Shown here in pieces: positions 41,197 to 51,444 of a stretch of DNA of 64,000 nt; positions within the stretch are counted from its first letter, which is position 1; every line of letters starts with the position of its first letter. A program made the position numbers and the translations under genes. The DNA comes from an uncultured beta proteobacterium (lineage in GTDB: Bacteria > Pseudomonadota > Gammaproteobacteria > Burkholderiales > Methylophilaceae). The stretch spans positions 250,910-314,909 of the forward strand of contig CAVVYJ010000002.1 in NCBI GenBank assembly GCA_963752495.1. The letters are read 5' to 3'. The notes beneath the pieces are model-generated. The model saw only the letters and a list, made by a program, of their open reading frames with translations, was not told where the DNA came from and made no database searches.

Positions 41197-41517
41197 ATGA
41201 GTGATATTTTAGATAAATTAGCCGAAGTGTTGGAACAGCGTAAATCAGCTGATCCTGCAACGTCATATGTCGCAAAACTGTACGCTAAAGGCATGGACAG
41301 CATTCTAAAGAAGGTGGGCGAAGAGGCTACAGAAACTGTACTGGCAGCCAAAGGCGGTAAAAAAGAAGAGATTATCTATGAAACTGCAGATCTGTGGTTT
41401 CATACGATGGTAATGTTAGCTAAAGCGGATCTTAAACCGCAGGATGTGCTAGATGAACTGGCGCGCCGAGAAGGTTTGTCAGGCATTGATGAGAAAAATG
41501 CGAGACAAAAAAAATGA
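41197..41517 (+). CDS. hisE: phosphoribosyl-ATP pyrophosphatase
   Basis: 106 aa with SYVAKLY..G...[10 protein letters not shown]...A and DLWFH. Confidence 0.9.
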   Translation: MSDILDKLAEVLEQRKSADPATSYVAKLYAKGMDSILKKVGEEATETVLAAKGGKKEEIIYETADLWFHTMVMLAKADLKPQDVLDELARREGLSGIDEKNARQKK

Positions 41518-41846
41518 GCGTAGACTGCATTTTTTGTAAAATCATTTCGGGCGAAATTCCAGCTAAAAAAATCTATGAAGACGATGATTTTATTGCGTTC
41601 CACGACATTAAACCAATGGCAAAAGTACATTTTTTAATTGTGCCAAAATTGCATATAGAAACCTTAAAAGATTGTAACTCTGCACATCAAAAATTACTGG
41701 GGAGCATGTTATTACTGGCACCAAAATTGGCTGCGGAACAAGGTTTAAAGGGTTTTAAAACACTCATTAATACTGGTCGCGAAGGTGGACAAGAAGTGTT
41801 TCATATTCACACGCATGTGTTTGGCGGCGGCGCAGTAAATAGTTAA
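41514..41846 (+). CDS. histidine triad (HIT) nucleotide-binding protein
   Basis: 110 aa with CIFCKII and the HIT motif HIHTHVFGG. Confidence 0.88.
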   Translation: MSVDCIFCKIISGEIPAKKIYEDDDFIAFHDIKPMAKVHFLIVPKLHIETLKDCNSAHQKLLGSMLLLAPKLAAEQGLKGFKTLINTGREGGQEVFHIHTHVFGGGAVNS

Positions 41847-41857
41847 AGGAGATAAGC

Positions 41858-42067
41858 ATGGGTTCATTTAGTTTATGGCATTGGTTAATTGTATTGTTGA
41901 TTGTAGTGCTGGTATTTGGCACAAAAAAACTCAAAAATATTGGCGGTGATGTGGGTGGCGCAGTCAATGAGTTCAAAAAGGCAATGAATGAAGGCAAGGT
42001 CGAAGAGAGTGGCGACAAGGCAGGCACGACAATTGAGGGTGAAGTTACCAACAAGACGAAGCAGTAG
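41858..42067 (+). CDS. tatA: twin-arginine translocase subunit TatA
   Basis: 69 aa, [29 protein letters not shown]. Confidence 0.92.
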   Translation: MGSFSLWHWLIVLLIVVLVFGTKKLKNIGGDVGGAVNEFKKAMNEGKVEESGDKAGTTIEGEVTNKTKQ

Positions 42068-42072
42068 CCGAA

Positions 42073-42426
42073 GTGTTTGACGTATCATTTTCGGAGTTGA
42101 TGGTCATCACCATTGTTGCTTTATTGGTGATTGGCCCAGAAAAATTGCCCAAAGTTGCCCGCACTTTTGGCGCGCTCACCGGCCGGCTACAACGTTATGT
42201 TGCACAAGTGAAAGAAGAAGTAAATCGCGAAGTACGCTTTGAAGAGCTACAAAAGCTACAGCAGGAAATTAAGCAGGGTGTACAGCAAGCCGAATCTAGC
42301 CTCAACAATGAAGTTCAGAACATAGCAGATAAGCCGAAGGCTAAGACAGCAAGCAAAGTTGAGACATTAGCTAAAGTTAAATCGGCTAAAAATTCTTCAG
42401 CAAAAAAACCTCAAGTTAAGGTTTAG
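42073..42426 (+). CDS. tatB: twin-arginine translocase subunit TatB
   Basis: GTG start, MFDVSFSELMVITIVALLVIGPEKLP. Confidence 0.88.
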   Translation: MFDVSFSELMVITIVALLVIGPEKLPKVARTFGALTGRLQRYVAQVKEEVNREVRFEELQKLQQEIKQGVQQAESSLNNEVQNIADKPKAKTASKVETLAKVKSAKNSSAKKPQVKV

Positions 42427-42429
42427 TGC

Positions 42430-43167
42430 ATGACACCTACAGAATCATTTATCTCCCATTTAATCGAGTTGAGAAGCCGCTTGTTAAGAGTTGTGCTGGG
42501 TTTTGTATTGGTTTTTGTCGTGTTGTTTCCGTTCGCAAATAATATATATACGCTCTTAGCGGCGCCAATGTTAGCAAAATTGCCAGTTGGCGGACAAATG
42601 ATAGCCACTGCAGTTACAACACCTTTTTTTGTACCAATGAAAGTTGCAATGATGGCAGCGTTCGTCATTTCGCTACCGCATACGCTATATCAAATATGGG
42701 CATTCGTTGCGCCAGGGCTATACGACCATGAAAAAAAATTAATGGCTCCTGTCATTATCGCAAGCTGTTTGCTATTTTTAATCGGTATGTCGTTTGCTTA
42801 TTTTGTTGTGTTTCCCGTGGTATTTAGTTTTATTGTCGGGAGTGCGCCCGCAGGTGTTGCTGTAATGACAGATATTGCAGAATATCTAGACTTTGTAATG
42901 ACGCTTTTTTTAGCATTTGGGCTGGCATTTGAGGTGCCGATTGCCGTGGTGCTTGCCGTGCGTTTTGGTTGGGTAAACATCGCACAGCTTAAGGAAGCGC
43001 GTGGTTATGTGATTGTTGGTGCGTTTGTGCTCGGTGCAATTTTTACACCGCCCGATATTATTTCGCAGTTTATGCTGGCAATTCCGCTTTGGTTGTTATA
43101 TGAATCGGGTGTGCTAGTTGCTCAGTTTACACAACCTAAAAGCAACACCATTCACGCGGAACGCTAA
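42430..43167 (+). CDS. tatC: twin-arginine translocase subunit TatC
   Basis: 245 aa with 6 TM helices, HL.ELR.RL start and the FTPPD motif. Confidence 0.93.
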   Translation: MTPTESFISHLIELRSRLLRVVLGFVLVFVVLFPFANNIYTLLAAPMLAKLPVGGQMIATAVTTPFFVPMKVAMMAAFVISLPHTLYQIWAFVAPGLYDHEKKLMAPVIIASCLLFLIGMSFAYFVVFPVVFSFIVGSAPAGVAVMTDIAEYLDFVMTLFLAFGLAFEVPIAVVLAVRFGWVNIAQLKEARGYVIVGAFVLGAIFTPPDIISQFMLAIPLWLLYESGVLVAQFTQPKSNTIHAER

Positions 43168-43191
43168 ATTCAAGCAGAATACTAAGCTAGA

Positions 43192-44361
43192 TTATCTCCG
43201 GGCAGCAACTGGTTTGGGTCGTTTGCCAATCAACACAGTGACATTGATGACTTTCCCATCGCGCACAATTTTTAGCACTGCCTTTTGGTTTGGATTTAAC
43301 ACAGCGATTAAATTAAGCATCGTTGCGCTATCAATCACTTCTTTGTCATTAATCGCAAGCAAGATATCCCCAGCCTTAAGCCCAGCCTTGTCTGCAGGGC
43401 TATCACGCAAAACACCGGCAATCAGTGAGCCACTTGCTTTGGATAGTTTAAATGATTCTGCCAGTTCGGGCGTAATGTCTTGTGCTTCAATACCCACCCA
43501 GCCACGGGTTACGCTTCCCTCTTTTGCAATTTGCTCCATGACTTGTTTGGCAAGACTGCTGGGTATAGCAAAACCGATGCCCATACTGCCACCGCTGCGA
43601 GAATAGATAGCGCTATTAATCCCGACCAAATTGCCTGAAGCGTCAATGAGCGCGCCACCAGAGTTACCTGGGTTTATGGAAGCATCCGTCTGGATAAAAT
43701 TTTCAAACGTATTAATACCCAAGTGGTTGCGGCCAAGTGCACTAACAATACCTTGCGTAACGGTTTGACCAACGCCAAACGGGTTGCCAATGGCTAATAC
43801 TACGTCACCAACGTTGAGTTTGTCGTAATCGGCAAAAGTAATTGCGGGTAAATTTTCGCCTTCGATTTTGATGACAGCTAAATCAGTTTCAGGATCTGTA
43901 CCTACTAATTTTGCAGGCAGTTTCCTGCCATCGGCTAATGCTACTTCAATTTCATCTGCTGTAGAAACCACGTGGTTATTAGTGAGTATGAGTCCTTGCT
44001 CACTTACAATCACACCACTACCAAGGCTGTTGTCTGCCTGTTCATCTTCATTCTCCTGGCCGTCGCCAAAAAAATGTTTGAACAAAGGATCATCCATGAA
44101 CTGTTGGTGAGGATTAGGGACGCTCTTGCTGGAAGTGAAAATATTGACTACAGAAGGCATCGCTTTCTTTACTGCTGAGCTGTAGGTGTTGCTATTGCTA
44201 GATGTGCTTTGCTGCGCCACTTGTTTGATGACAATTGGCTCATGGTTGGTTTCTAACAAATGCGGATTAAAAATGCGCAGCACAAACAATAACCCTAAGC
44301 ATACAGTGACGGTTTGTGCAAAAATAAGCCAAATTTTCTGCATAAATTTATTTTTAAACAA
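43192..44361 (-). CDS. membrane-anchored S1C serine endoprotease with one PDZ domain (DegS/AlgW-like)
   Basis: N-terminal TM helix. Catalytic triad contexts TNNHVV, DLAVIK and GNSGGAL. Single C-terminal PDZ domain. Confidence 0.85.
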   Translation of the reverse strand: MFKNKFMQKIWLIFAQTVTVCLGLLFVLRIFNPHLLETNHEPIVIKQVAQQSTSSNSNTYSSAVKKAMPSVVNIFTSSKSVPNPHQQFMDDPLFKHFFGDGQENEDEQADNSLGSGVIVSEQGLILTNNHVVSTADEIEVALADGRKLPAKLVGTDPETDLAVIKIEGENLPAITFADYDKLNVGDVVLAIGNPFGVGQTVTQGIVSALGRNHLGINTFENFIQTDASINPGNSGGALIDASGNLVGINSAIYSRSGGSMGIGFAIPSSLAKQVMEQIAKEGSVTRGWVGIEAQDITPELAESFKLSKASGSLIAGVLRDSPADKAGLKAGDILLAINDKEVIDSATMLNLIAVLNPNQKAVLKIVRDGKVINVTVLIGKRPKPVAARR

Positions 44362-44388
44362 TATTACAGCTAGTATAGGCGAAAACTC

Positions 44389-45135
44389 ATGAAATTAAAT
44401 GCGTTAAATAATTATTTGAATGAAACTTTGCAACCTGCGAAATTTAGTGATTTTTGCCCGAATGGATTGCAAGTGGAAGGCAGGCCAGAAGTGCATAAAA
44501 TTGTCACCGGAGTTACAGCAAGTATGGCTTTGCTGGAGGCAGCGCTTAAAGCAGATGCGGATGCGGTGCTGGTGCACCATGGCTACTTTTGGCGAGGTGA
44601 AAATCAGACAATCACAGGTATAAAAAAGCGTCGCATCCAGTTTTTACTGCAACATGAGTTAAATCTATTTGCTTTTCATTTGCCGTTAGATGCGCATCCT
44701 GTATTTGGTAACAACGTGATGCTGGGTCAGATGCTGGGTCTGCAAATTTCCGGATATCTAGACGATAAAAACATGCTGCCATATTCAGATTCAAATCGCC
44801 GGCAAACCTTGCAAACATTATCAGAAAATGTAGCTGCAAAACTTGGGCGCGCGCCGCAGGTGATTGGTGACTTGAATAAACCGGTTGAAACTATTGCGTG
44901 GTGCACGGGTGCGGCTCAAGGCTATATTGAGCAGGCAATTGCAGCCAATATCGATGTTTATATTAGCGGCGAGATTTCCGAGCAAACCGTGCATAGTGCG
45001 AGGGAGTCAGGTACGTCTTATATTGCAGCCGGACATCATGTAACGGAACGCTATGGCATCCAAGCGTTAGGTGAGCATCTTGCTAATAAGTTTGGAATTA
45101 AGCATGAGTTTGTAGATATAGATAATCCTGTTTAA
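44389..45135 (+). CDS. Nif3-like dinuclear metal centre protein
   Basis: 248 aa with GLQVEG...VLVHHG...FHLPLDAH...AAGHH..E motifs. Confidence 0.8.
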   Translation: MKLNALNNYLNETLQPAKFSDFCPNGLQVEGRPEVHKIVTGVTASMALLEAALKADADAVLVHHGYFWRGENQTITGIKKRRIQFLLQHELNLFAFHLPLDAHPVFGNNVMLGQMLGLQISGYLDDKNMLPYSDSNRRQTLQTLSENVAAKLGRAPQVIGDLNKPVETIAWCTGAAQGYIEQAIAANIDVYISGEISEQTVHSARESGTSYIAAGHHVTERYGIQALGEHLANKFGIKHEFVDIDNPV

Positions 45136-45260
45136 TTGTTTTATATCAAATAGTTATTAAATATAATTTGGTTTATTAAGCAGGAAACTGTATAATCGAG
45201 CCATCAAAGAATTGTTCAATACACACTCCAAAAGGGTTATTGCAGAAAGCTAGGACGCAT

Positions 45261-45899
45261 ATGGCAGATACCAAGTTAGATAAAAATAATGCATTGTCAT
45301 TTCAACCACCTTCAGAAGTAGATTTAGAAAAAAGACAGTTTTTAATTAAAACCACAGCAACCGCCGGAGCGATTGGAGCAGCGGCAGTGGCCGTGCCGTT
45401 TGTTGGCAGTATGCTGCCAAGTGAGCGAGCAAAAGCTGCTGGCGCGCCAGTGGAAGTGGACATCAGTAAAGTTGCTCCCGGTACAATCATGACGGCAGAG
45501 TGGCGCGGCAAGCCCGTGTGGATTATTAACCGCACCGATGCGCAAACTGCGGAGCTTGCAAAACATAATGATCAGCTTTCCGACCCTATGTGCGATGTCA
45601 CTTCACAGCAGCCTGTATATTGCAAAAATTCTGGCCGCGGCATAAAACCAAATATTGGGGTAGTTATTGGAATTTGTACGCATTTAGGTTGCTCGCCTTC
45701 AGCAAAACTTGAAGCGGGTGGTGACATGGGTGAGAACTGGACCGGTGGTTTTTTCTGCCCATGTCATGGTTCAAAATTCGATCTTGCGGGCCGCGTATAC
45801 AAAGGCTCGCCAGCCCCCACCAATTTAGTGGTTCCTCCGCATAAATATTTATCAGACACCACGCTGCTAATAGGTGTTGATATGGATACGGAGGCTTAA
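45261..45899 (+). CDS. petA: ubiquinol-cytochrome c reductase Rieske iron-sulfur subunit
   Basis: Rieske boxes CTHLGC and CPCHGS. ATG 45261 after aggac is preferred to TTG 45240. Confidence 0.9.
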   Translation: MADTKLDKNNALSFQPPSEVDLEKRQFLIKTTATAGAIGAAAVAVPFVGSMLPSERAKAAGAPVEVDISKVAPGTIMTAEWRGKPVWIINRTDAQTAELAKHNDQLSDPMCDVTSQQPVYCKNSGRGIKPNIGVVIGICTHLGCSPSAKLEAGGDMGENWTGGFFCPCHGSKFDLAGRVYKGSPAPTNLVVPPHKYLSDTTLLIGVDMDTEA

Positions 45900-45901
45900 T
45901 C

Positions 45902-47200
45902 ATGGCAGACAAAAAAGTAGAGACTATGGACCAAGAAACTAAGGGAATTATGGGCTGGATTGACGCGCGCTTCCCGTTGACCAGCAATATTAAAAACCAT
46001 TTGACCGAGTATTACGCACCAAAAAATTTCAATTTCTGGTACTTTTTTGGCTCGCTTGCCATGTTGGTGCTGGTATTGCAGATTGCTACAGGCATATTTC
46101 TGACCATGCATTACAAGCCAAGCGCGGAAGAGGCTTTCGCGTCCGTAGAGTACATTATGCGTGATGTGTTTGGCGGCAATATCATACGTTATATGCATTC
46201 CACAGGGGCTTCTATGTTTTTTGTCGTGGTGTATTTGCATATGTTTCGCGGTTTGATTTATGGTTCATATCGAAATCCGCGTGAGTTGATCTGGTTGTTT
46301 GGCGTCGCTATTTTCCTTTGCTTGATGGGTGAAGCTTTTTTTGGCTACTTGTTACCATGGGGTCAAATGTCTTATTGGGGTGCGCAAGTGATTGTTAACT
46401 TGTTTTCTGCCATCCCCTTTATCGGGCCAGATGTATCTGAATGGCTGCGCGGGGATTACCTAATTTCAGATGCCACACTTAATCGCTTCTTTGCTTTCCA
46501 CGTAATTGCCCTACCGCTTGTGTTGTTGGGTTTGGTAATGGTGCATTTAATTGCGTTGCATGAAGTGGGTTCAAATAACCCTGATGGCATTGAAATTAAG
46601 GCAAAAAAAGACAAGAAAACAGGCATTCCCCTAGACGGCATCCCATTTCACCCTTATTACACGGTTAAAGATCTGGTTGGTGTGGTGGTATTTTTTATTG
46701 TGTTTGCAGCGATTATTTTCTTTGCGCCAGAAATGGGAGGTTACTTTTTGGAGGCAAATAATTTTGTTCCAGCTAACCCACTTCAAACACCTGCACATAT
46801 TGCGCCGGTATGGTATTTCACGCCTTACTACTCTATCTTGCGTGCAGTGCCTCCCATTATGAATTCACAATTCCCAGGTGTCGCAGCGATGGGGCTTTCG
46901 GTTTTAGCGTTCGCATTTTTGCCTTGGTTGGATCGTAGCCCAGTAAAGTCGATTCGTTATCGCGGCTCGCTTTATAAGAAATGGCTGGCTGCGTTTGTTG
47001 TGAGCTTTTTAATTTTGGGATATCTGGGTACTGTACCATCTAATGTTTGGGGTCAGTTTGGTGCATGGTGCGGTGGTGCTGATCGCGCTACTGTCGTTGC
47101 CCGTGTATTTACTGCCATTTATTTTGCATTCTTCATCCTTATGCCGTGGTATACCGCAAAAGATAAGACCAAACCAGTGCCAGAAAGGGTGACCAATTAA
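45902..47200 (+). CDS. petB: cytochrome b
   Basis: 432 aa with FFGSLA, haem-ligating His contexts and the PEWY-equivalent region. Confidence 0.95.
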   Translation: MADKKVETMDQETKGIMGWIDARFPLTSNIKNHLTEYYAPKNFNFWYFFGSLAMLVLVLQIATGIFLTMHYKPSAEEAFASVEYIMRDVFGGNIIRYMHSTGASMFFVVVYLHMFRGLIYGSYRNPRELIWLFGVAIFLCLMGEAFFGYLLPWGQMSYWGAQVIVNLFSAIPFIGPDVSEWLRGDYLISDATLNRFFAFHVIALPLVLLGLVMVHLIALHEVGSNNPDGIEIKAKKDKKTGIPLDGIPFHPYYTVKDLVGVVVFFIVFAAIIFFAPEMGGYFLEANNFVPANPLQTPAHIAPVWYFTPYYSILRAVPPIMNSQFPGVAAMGLSVLAFAFLPWLDRSPVKSIRYRGSLYKKWLAAFVVSFLILGYLGTVPSNVWGQFGAWCGGADRATVVARVFTAIYFAFFILMPWYTAKDKTKPVPERVTN

Positions 47201-47201
47201 C

Positions 47202-47894
47202 ATGAAAAAATTATTATTCATTTTGGTGTTTTTGCCATCAATCGTGCTTGCGAATGAGATGGAAATTAACGTTACAGCGCCTATTGATCCGTCTGATCAG
47301 GCGTCATTGCAGCGGGGAGCACGTACTTTTATTAATAACTGTCTCAACTGCCACAGTGCAAATTATATGCGTTACAACCGCTTGCAAGATATTGGCCTGA
47401 CAGAAAAGCAAATTAAGGATAACTTGCTTTTTGCTGGTGAAAAAGTGGGCGATACGATGAAAGTTGCGATTAATAAGGCTGATGCAAAAAAATGGTTTGG
47501 GGTGTCACCACCGGATTTGTCGGTAGAAGTGCGTGCTAGAGGTGCGGACTGGGTTTATGCCTACATGCGCGGATTTTATCGTGACGAGACAACGACCAGT
47601 GGTTGGAACAATATCGTGTTTGACAAAGTAGCTATGCCGCATGTGCTCTACGAGCTACAGGGCGAGCAAGTGATGAACCACGAAACCCATGCGCTAGAAA
47701 TGGTTAAACCGGGGAAACTTAGTCCGGATGAGTATGATGCATTTGTGGCGGACTTAACTAACTACATGGCGTTTATGGCGGAGCCTGCAAAGCAGCAGCG
47801 TAAACACACGGGTATTTGGGTGTTGTTGTTTTTGGGTGTGTTGCTAGTTTTGGCGATTAAGCTGAAAAAAGCTTACTGGAAAGATATTAAATAA
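47202..47894 (+). CDS. petC: cytochrome c1
   Basis: Signal peptide, CLNCHS haem site and a C-terminal TM anchor. Confidence 0.9.
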   Translation: MKKLLFILVFLPSIVLANEMEINVTAPIDPSDQASLQRGARTFINNCLNCHSANYMRYNRLQDIGLTEKQIKDNLLFAGEKVGDTMKVAINKADAKKWFGVSPPDLSVEVRARGADWVYAYMRGFYRDETTTSGWNNIVFDKVAMPHVLYELQGEQVMNHETHALEMVKPGKLSPDEYDAFVADLTNYMAFMAEPAKQQRKHTGIWVLLFLGVLLVLAIKLKKAYWKDIK

Positions 47895-47934
47895 ATAGAA
47901 AATGCTTGAGCATTTTATAAGAGAGTAAAAAGTT

Positions 47935-48534
47935 ATGATGAAGTTATATTCCGGATCTGTAGATCCCTACAGCCACCGTTGCCGTATTGTGCTTTTTGAA
48001 AAAGGCATGGATTTCGAAGTGATTGATGTTGACTTGGCCAATAAGCCAGAAGATTTGGCAGTGCTTAATCCTTATAATGCGGTACCAGTGTTGGTTGAGC
48101 GCGACTTGATATTGTCTGAAGCGAATATTATCAATGAGTATATCGACGAGCGCTTTCCGCATCCGCAATTGATGCCTGCAGACCCTGTGATGCGTGCGCG
48201 GGCTCGGCTGTTTTTGTACAATTTTGAAAAAGATCTGTTTGATCATATTAAAGACTTAACCTCGGGCGATGAAGAGAAGGCGAACAAAGCGCGCATGACG
48301 ATTCGTGACAACTTGACGCAAATCGTCCCGATTTTTAGTAAGCAAAAGTATTTGCTGGGTGATGAGTACTCCATGCTGGATGTGGCAGTGACACCACTTT
48401 TATGGCGCTTAGGTCATTACGGAATCGAATTGCCAAATCAAGCTGCACCACTATTAAAATATGCAGAGCGTTTATTCTCACGCCCGCTATATGCTGATGC
48501 GATGACGCCATCTGAAAAGGCGATGCGGAAATAA
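47935..48534 (+). CDS. sspA: stringent starvation protein A (GST-like)
   Basis: 199 aa with a GST fold. It is followed by sspB. Confidence 0.88.
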   Translation: MMKLYSGSVDPYSHRCRIVLFEKGMDFEVIDVDLANKPEDLAVLNPYNAVPVLVERDLILSEANIINEYIDERFPHPQLMPADPVMRARARLFLYNFEKDLFDHIKDLTSGDEEKANKARMTIRDNLTQIVPIFSKQKYLLGDEYSMLDVAVTPLLWRLGHYGIELPNQAAPLLKYAERLFSRPLYADAMTPSEKAMRK

Positions 48535-48543
48535 CTCATCACA

Positions 48544-48978
48544 ATGAGCGATATTATCCCGACAAAACCCTACATGGTGCGCGCAATTCATGATTGGTGC
48601 ATAGATAACGGATTTACGCCGCACTTGTTGGTGAAAGTAAATAGCCGTACACGCGTGCCGGTGGCTTATGTAAAAGAAGGTGAGATTGTGCTCAACTTAA
48701 ATTACAGTGCCACGAAAGATTTGCACATTGATAATGAGGTGATAGTATTTTCAGCCCGATTTTCTGGGGTGTCGCAAAATTTATATGTACCGATGGATGC
48801 AGTGCGTGGTATTTTCGCCCGTGAAAATGGGCAGGGCATGTTTTTTGAAGTCGAAGCTGAAACTGGTAAAGAGACAAGTAAGCCGCAACCCAAGACGGTT
48901 TCTGTAGACACAGGTCAATCAATTGATACTGCTACTACAACTCAAAAGAAGAAGCCAACTTTGACTATCGTTAAGTAA
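48544..48978 (+). CDS. sspB: ClpXP specificity-enhancing factor SspB
   Basis: 144 aa with PYMVRAIHDWCIDNGFTPHLLV and a C-terminal ClpX-tethering tail ending LTIVK. Confidence 0.88.
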   Translation: MSDIIPTKPYMVRAIHDWCIDNGFTPHLLVKVNSRTRVPVAYVKEGEIVLNLNYSATKDLHIDNEVIVFSARFSGVSQNLYVPMDAVRGIFARENGQGMFFEVEAETGKETSKPQPKTVSVDTGQSIDTATTTQKKKPTLTIVK

Positions 48979-49064
48979 TTTTATACTTTGTGGTGTAAAA
49001 AAATCTCAAAAAGTACTAGTCGTTAAAACCTAAAAAGTGATATAGTCACGCCTCAAATAAAAAC

Positions 49065-49140
49065 GCCGGATTAGCTCAGTTGGTAGAGCAGCGCACTTGT
49101 AATGCGAAGGTCGTCAGTTCGATTCCGACATCCGGCACCA
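49065..49140 (+). tRNA. tRNA-Thr (anticodon UGU)
   Basis: Hand-folded cloverleaf: acceptor GCCGGAT/ATCCGGC, anticodon loop CTTGTAA, T-arm GTCAG-TTCGATT-CCGAC, 3' CCA encoded. Confidence 0.93.
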
Positions 49141-49213
49141 GTTTTCAGTATAAATCTACCCCTATTAAGTTTGACAGCGAGTCGAAAAAGCAGCATAATC
49201 GAGGGTTCGGTTA

Positions 49214-49298
49214 GGAGGGGTGGCCGAGTGGTTAAAGGCGACGGACTGTAAATCCGTTCTCTCAGAGTACGCTGGTTCGAATCCAGCCCCCTCCACCA
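49214..49298 (+). tRNA. tRNA-Tyr (anticodon GUA)
   Basis: 85 nt with a long variable arm. Acceptor GGAGGGG/CCCCTCC, anticodon loop CTGTAAA, CCA encoded. Confidence 0.93.
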
Positions 49299-49349
49299 AG
49301 ATGTTTAATAGTAGTAAAAGAGCCTGTTGGCGTTGGTTTTAGCGGGTAC

Positions 49350-49425
49350 GCGGGAGTAGCTCAGTTGGTAGAGCTTCAGCTTTCCAAACTGAATGTCGCG
49401 AGTTCGAGCCTCGTCTCCCGCTCCA
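49350..49425 (+). tRNA. tRNA-Gly (anticodon UCC)
   Basis: Acceptor GCGGGAG/CTCCCGC, discriminator U, anticodon loop TTTCCAA. There is a C31-A39 mismatch at the base of the anticodon stem. Confidence 0.88.
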
Positions 49426-49453
49426 AGGATGCTTTAATAGTCGGGCATTATCG

Positions 49454-49528
<75 letters not shown>

Positions 49529-49668
49529 TGAAGCAGCGTAGTTGTTTGAGGTGGCTAAAGTTTTATTAAGTTAAATAAAACTTTTAAGAGTTGGTTTTTA
49601 GAATTTTTGAAAATTAAGTTAATAAAATTTTAATTAAAATTAATTAAAGAAAAGTAGAGGATAAGAAA

Positions 49669-50859
49669 ATGGCAAAAGGCAAATTTGAGCGTACCAAGCC
49701 GCACGTGAACGTGGGGACGATTGGTCACGTGGATCATGGCAAGACGACGCTAACGGCAGCGATTACGACGATTCTTTCTAAGAAATTTGGCGGAGAAGCC
49801 AAGGCGTACGATCAAATTGATGCGGCGCCGGAAGAGAAGGCACGTGGTATTACGATTAATACTGCGCACGTTGAGTATGAGACTGCAACGCGTCACTATG
49901 CGCACGTGGATTGCCCGGGCCATGCGGACTATGTGAAGAACATGATTACTGGCGCTGCACAAATGGATGGCGCTATTCTGGTTTGTTCAGCTGCTGACGG
50001 TCCAATGCCACAAACACGTGAGCACATCTTGTTAGCCCGCCAAGTAGGCGTGCCATACATTGTTGTGTTTATGAACAAAGCCGACATGGTGGATGATAAA
50101 GAGTTGCTTGAGCTGGTTGAAATGGAAATCCGTGAGCTTCTCTCTAAATATGACTTCCCAGGCGATGATACACCGATTGTGATTGGTTCAGCTAAACTCG
50201 CTTTAGAGGGTGACCAATCTGAATACGGCGAGCCTTCAATCTTTAAACTGGCTGATGCATTAGATTCATACATTCCAATGCCAGAGCGCGCGATTGATGG
50301 CGCATTCTTGATGCCAGTGGAAGACGTATTCTCTATTTCTGGTCGTGGTACTGTGGTAACAGGCCGTATCGAACGCGGTATTGTTAAAGTTGGTGATGAA
50401 ATCGAAATCGTTGGTATCAAGCCAACACTTAAAACCACTTGTACAGGCGTTGAGATGTTCCGTAAGTTACTTGACCAAGGTCAAGCAGGTGACAACGTAG
50501 GTGTATTGCTCCGTGGTACAAAACGTGAAGAAGTAGAGCGCGGTCAAGTATTGGCGAAATCAGGTTCTATCAAACCACACACCAAATTCACAGCAGAAAT
50601 CTACGTGTTGGGTAAAGATGAAGGTGGTCGTCATACGCCATTCTTCCAAGGTTACCGTCCACAGTTTTACTTCCGTACGACGGACGTTACGGGTGCTGTA
50701 GAGTTGCCAGCAGGTACAGAAATGGTGATGCCTGGTGATAACGTATCTATCACTGTGACATTGATTGCTCCGATTGCGATGGAAGAAGGTTTACGCTTCG
50801 CGATTCGTGAAGGTGGCCGTACGGTTGGTGCAGGTGTGGTCGCTAAGATCATTGAATAA
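49669..50859 (+). CDS. tuf: elongation factor Tu
   Basis: 396 aa with [18 protein letters not shown] and NKADM motifs. RBS gaggat is upstream. Confidence 0.98.
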   Translation: MAKGKFERTKPHVNVGTIGHVDHGKTTLTAAITTILSKKFGGEAKAYDQIDAAPEEKARGITINTAHVEYETATRHYAHVDCPGHADYVKNMITGAAQMDGAILVCSAADGPMPQTREHILLARQVGVPYIVVFMNKADMVDDKELLELVEMEIRELLSKYDFPGDDTPIVIGSAKLALEGDQSEYGEPSIFKLADALDSYIPMPERAIDGAFLMPVEDVFSISGRGTVVTGRIERGIVKVGDEIEIVGIKPTLKTTCTGVEMFRKLLDQGQAGDNVGVLLRGTKREEVERGQVLAKSGSIKPHTKFTAEIYVLGKDEGGRHTPFFQGYRPQFYFRTTDVTGAVELPAGTEMVMPGDNVSITVTLIAPIAMEEGLRFAIREGGRTVGAGVVAKIIE

Positions 50860-50873
50860 TTTGTAATTTAATT

Positions 50874-50917
50874 AAAGCTACGCTAAGCGGATTTGAAAAA
50901 ACCTCGGCGTAGCTTTT
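50874..50917 (+). terminator. possible terminator after tuf
   Basis: 10-bp stem aaagctacgc / gcgtagcttt, but with a long 23-nt loop; the T run is part of the stem. Confidence 0.4.
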
Positions 50918-50935
50918 GTAGTTTAAAGTGTTTAA

Positions 50936-51011
50936 AGGCCAATAGCTCAATTGGTAGAGTATCGGTCTCCAAAACCGAGGGTTGGGGGTTCGAGACCCTC
51001 TTGGCCTGCCA
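50936..51011 (+). tRNA. tRNA-Trp (anticodon CCA)
   Basis: Acceptor AGGCCAA/TTGGCCT, anticodon loop CTCCAAA, T-loop TTCGAGA, CCA encoded. Confidence 0.93.
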
Positions 51012-51096
51012 ATAAGTACGGGTAACTTGTAAGAGTTGCTAAATAAAAAAAGGTAGCTTATGTTGGGCTGCCATAAAAAATTTAAGTGAAGAACTT

Positions 51097-51444
51097 ATGA
51101 TAGATAAAGTTAAGCTGGGGTTGTCTGCACTGCTCGTAGCGGCTGGCATTGCTGGCTTTTATCTTTTGGCAGATAAAGCCTTGGTGTTGCGCATACTTGC
51201 TTTTTTGGCCGGCATTGCAGCTGCGGTATTTGTATTTAGAACAACACCAACGGGCGAGAAAGCCTTAGGTTTTATCGGTGAAGCAATTGCAGAAGCTAAG
51301 CGTGTTGTTTGGCCAACAAGAAAAGAGACGATACAAACTACGATAGCAGTGTTTGTGTTGGTTGTCATTATGGCGGCCTTCTTGGCGATAGTGGATGTTG
51401 GGTTCGCTTATATGGTGCAATGGTTAATGGGGCGGAGTGCTTAA
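51097..51444 (+). CDS. secE: preprotein translocase subunit SecE
   Basis: 115 aa with the conserved C-terminal segment [12 protein letters not shown] plus a TM helix. It sits before nusG. Confidence 0.9.
   Translation: MIDKVKLGLSALLVAAGIAGFYLLADKALVLRILAFLAGIAAAVFVFRTTPTGEKALGFIGEAIAEAKRVVWPTRKETIQTTIAVFVLVVIMAAFLAIVDVGFAYMVQWLMGRSA

Noticed and set aside
49350-49425. C31-A39 mismatch in the tRNA-Gly(UCC) anticodon stem.
   Set aside because: Single mismatches at the 31-39 pair occur in genuine tRNAs, and the rest of the cloverleaf is canonical. It is not distinctive enough to report as a finding, though it could be another base error.
49929-50438. 169-codon ORF antisense to tuf. Similar long antisense ORFs occur in murA (33156..33608), rplL (53972..54376), the DegS-like gene (43118..43606), hisD (34774..35321), pepA (7879..8322) and petA/petB (45664..46240).
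   Set aside because: Each lies wholly inside a gene with unmistakable motifs on the other strand. Their translations are low-complexity (Ser/Pro/Ala/Thr-rich) mirror images of the sense codons, with no RBS or recognisable domain.
51309-51443. Upstream extensions offered by the ORF track for nusG (from 51309), rplA (from 52436), rplJ (from 53411), the prepilin (from 26108), petA (from 45240), the SDR (to 16573) and rpoB (from 54515).
   Set aside because: The extensions overlap the preceding gene or lack similarity to the family N-terminus. Internal starts with an RBS reproduce the canonical N-termini ([46 protein letters not shown]).
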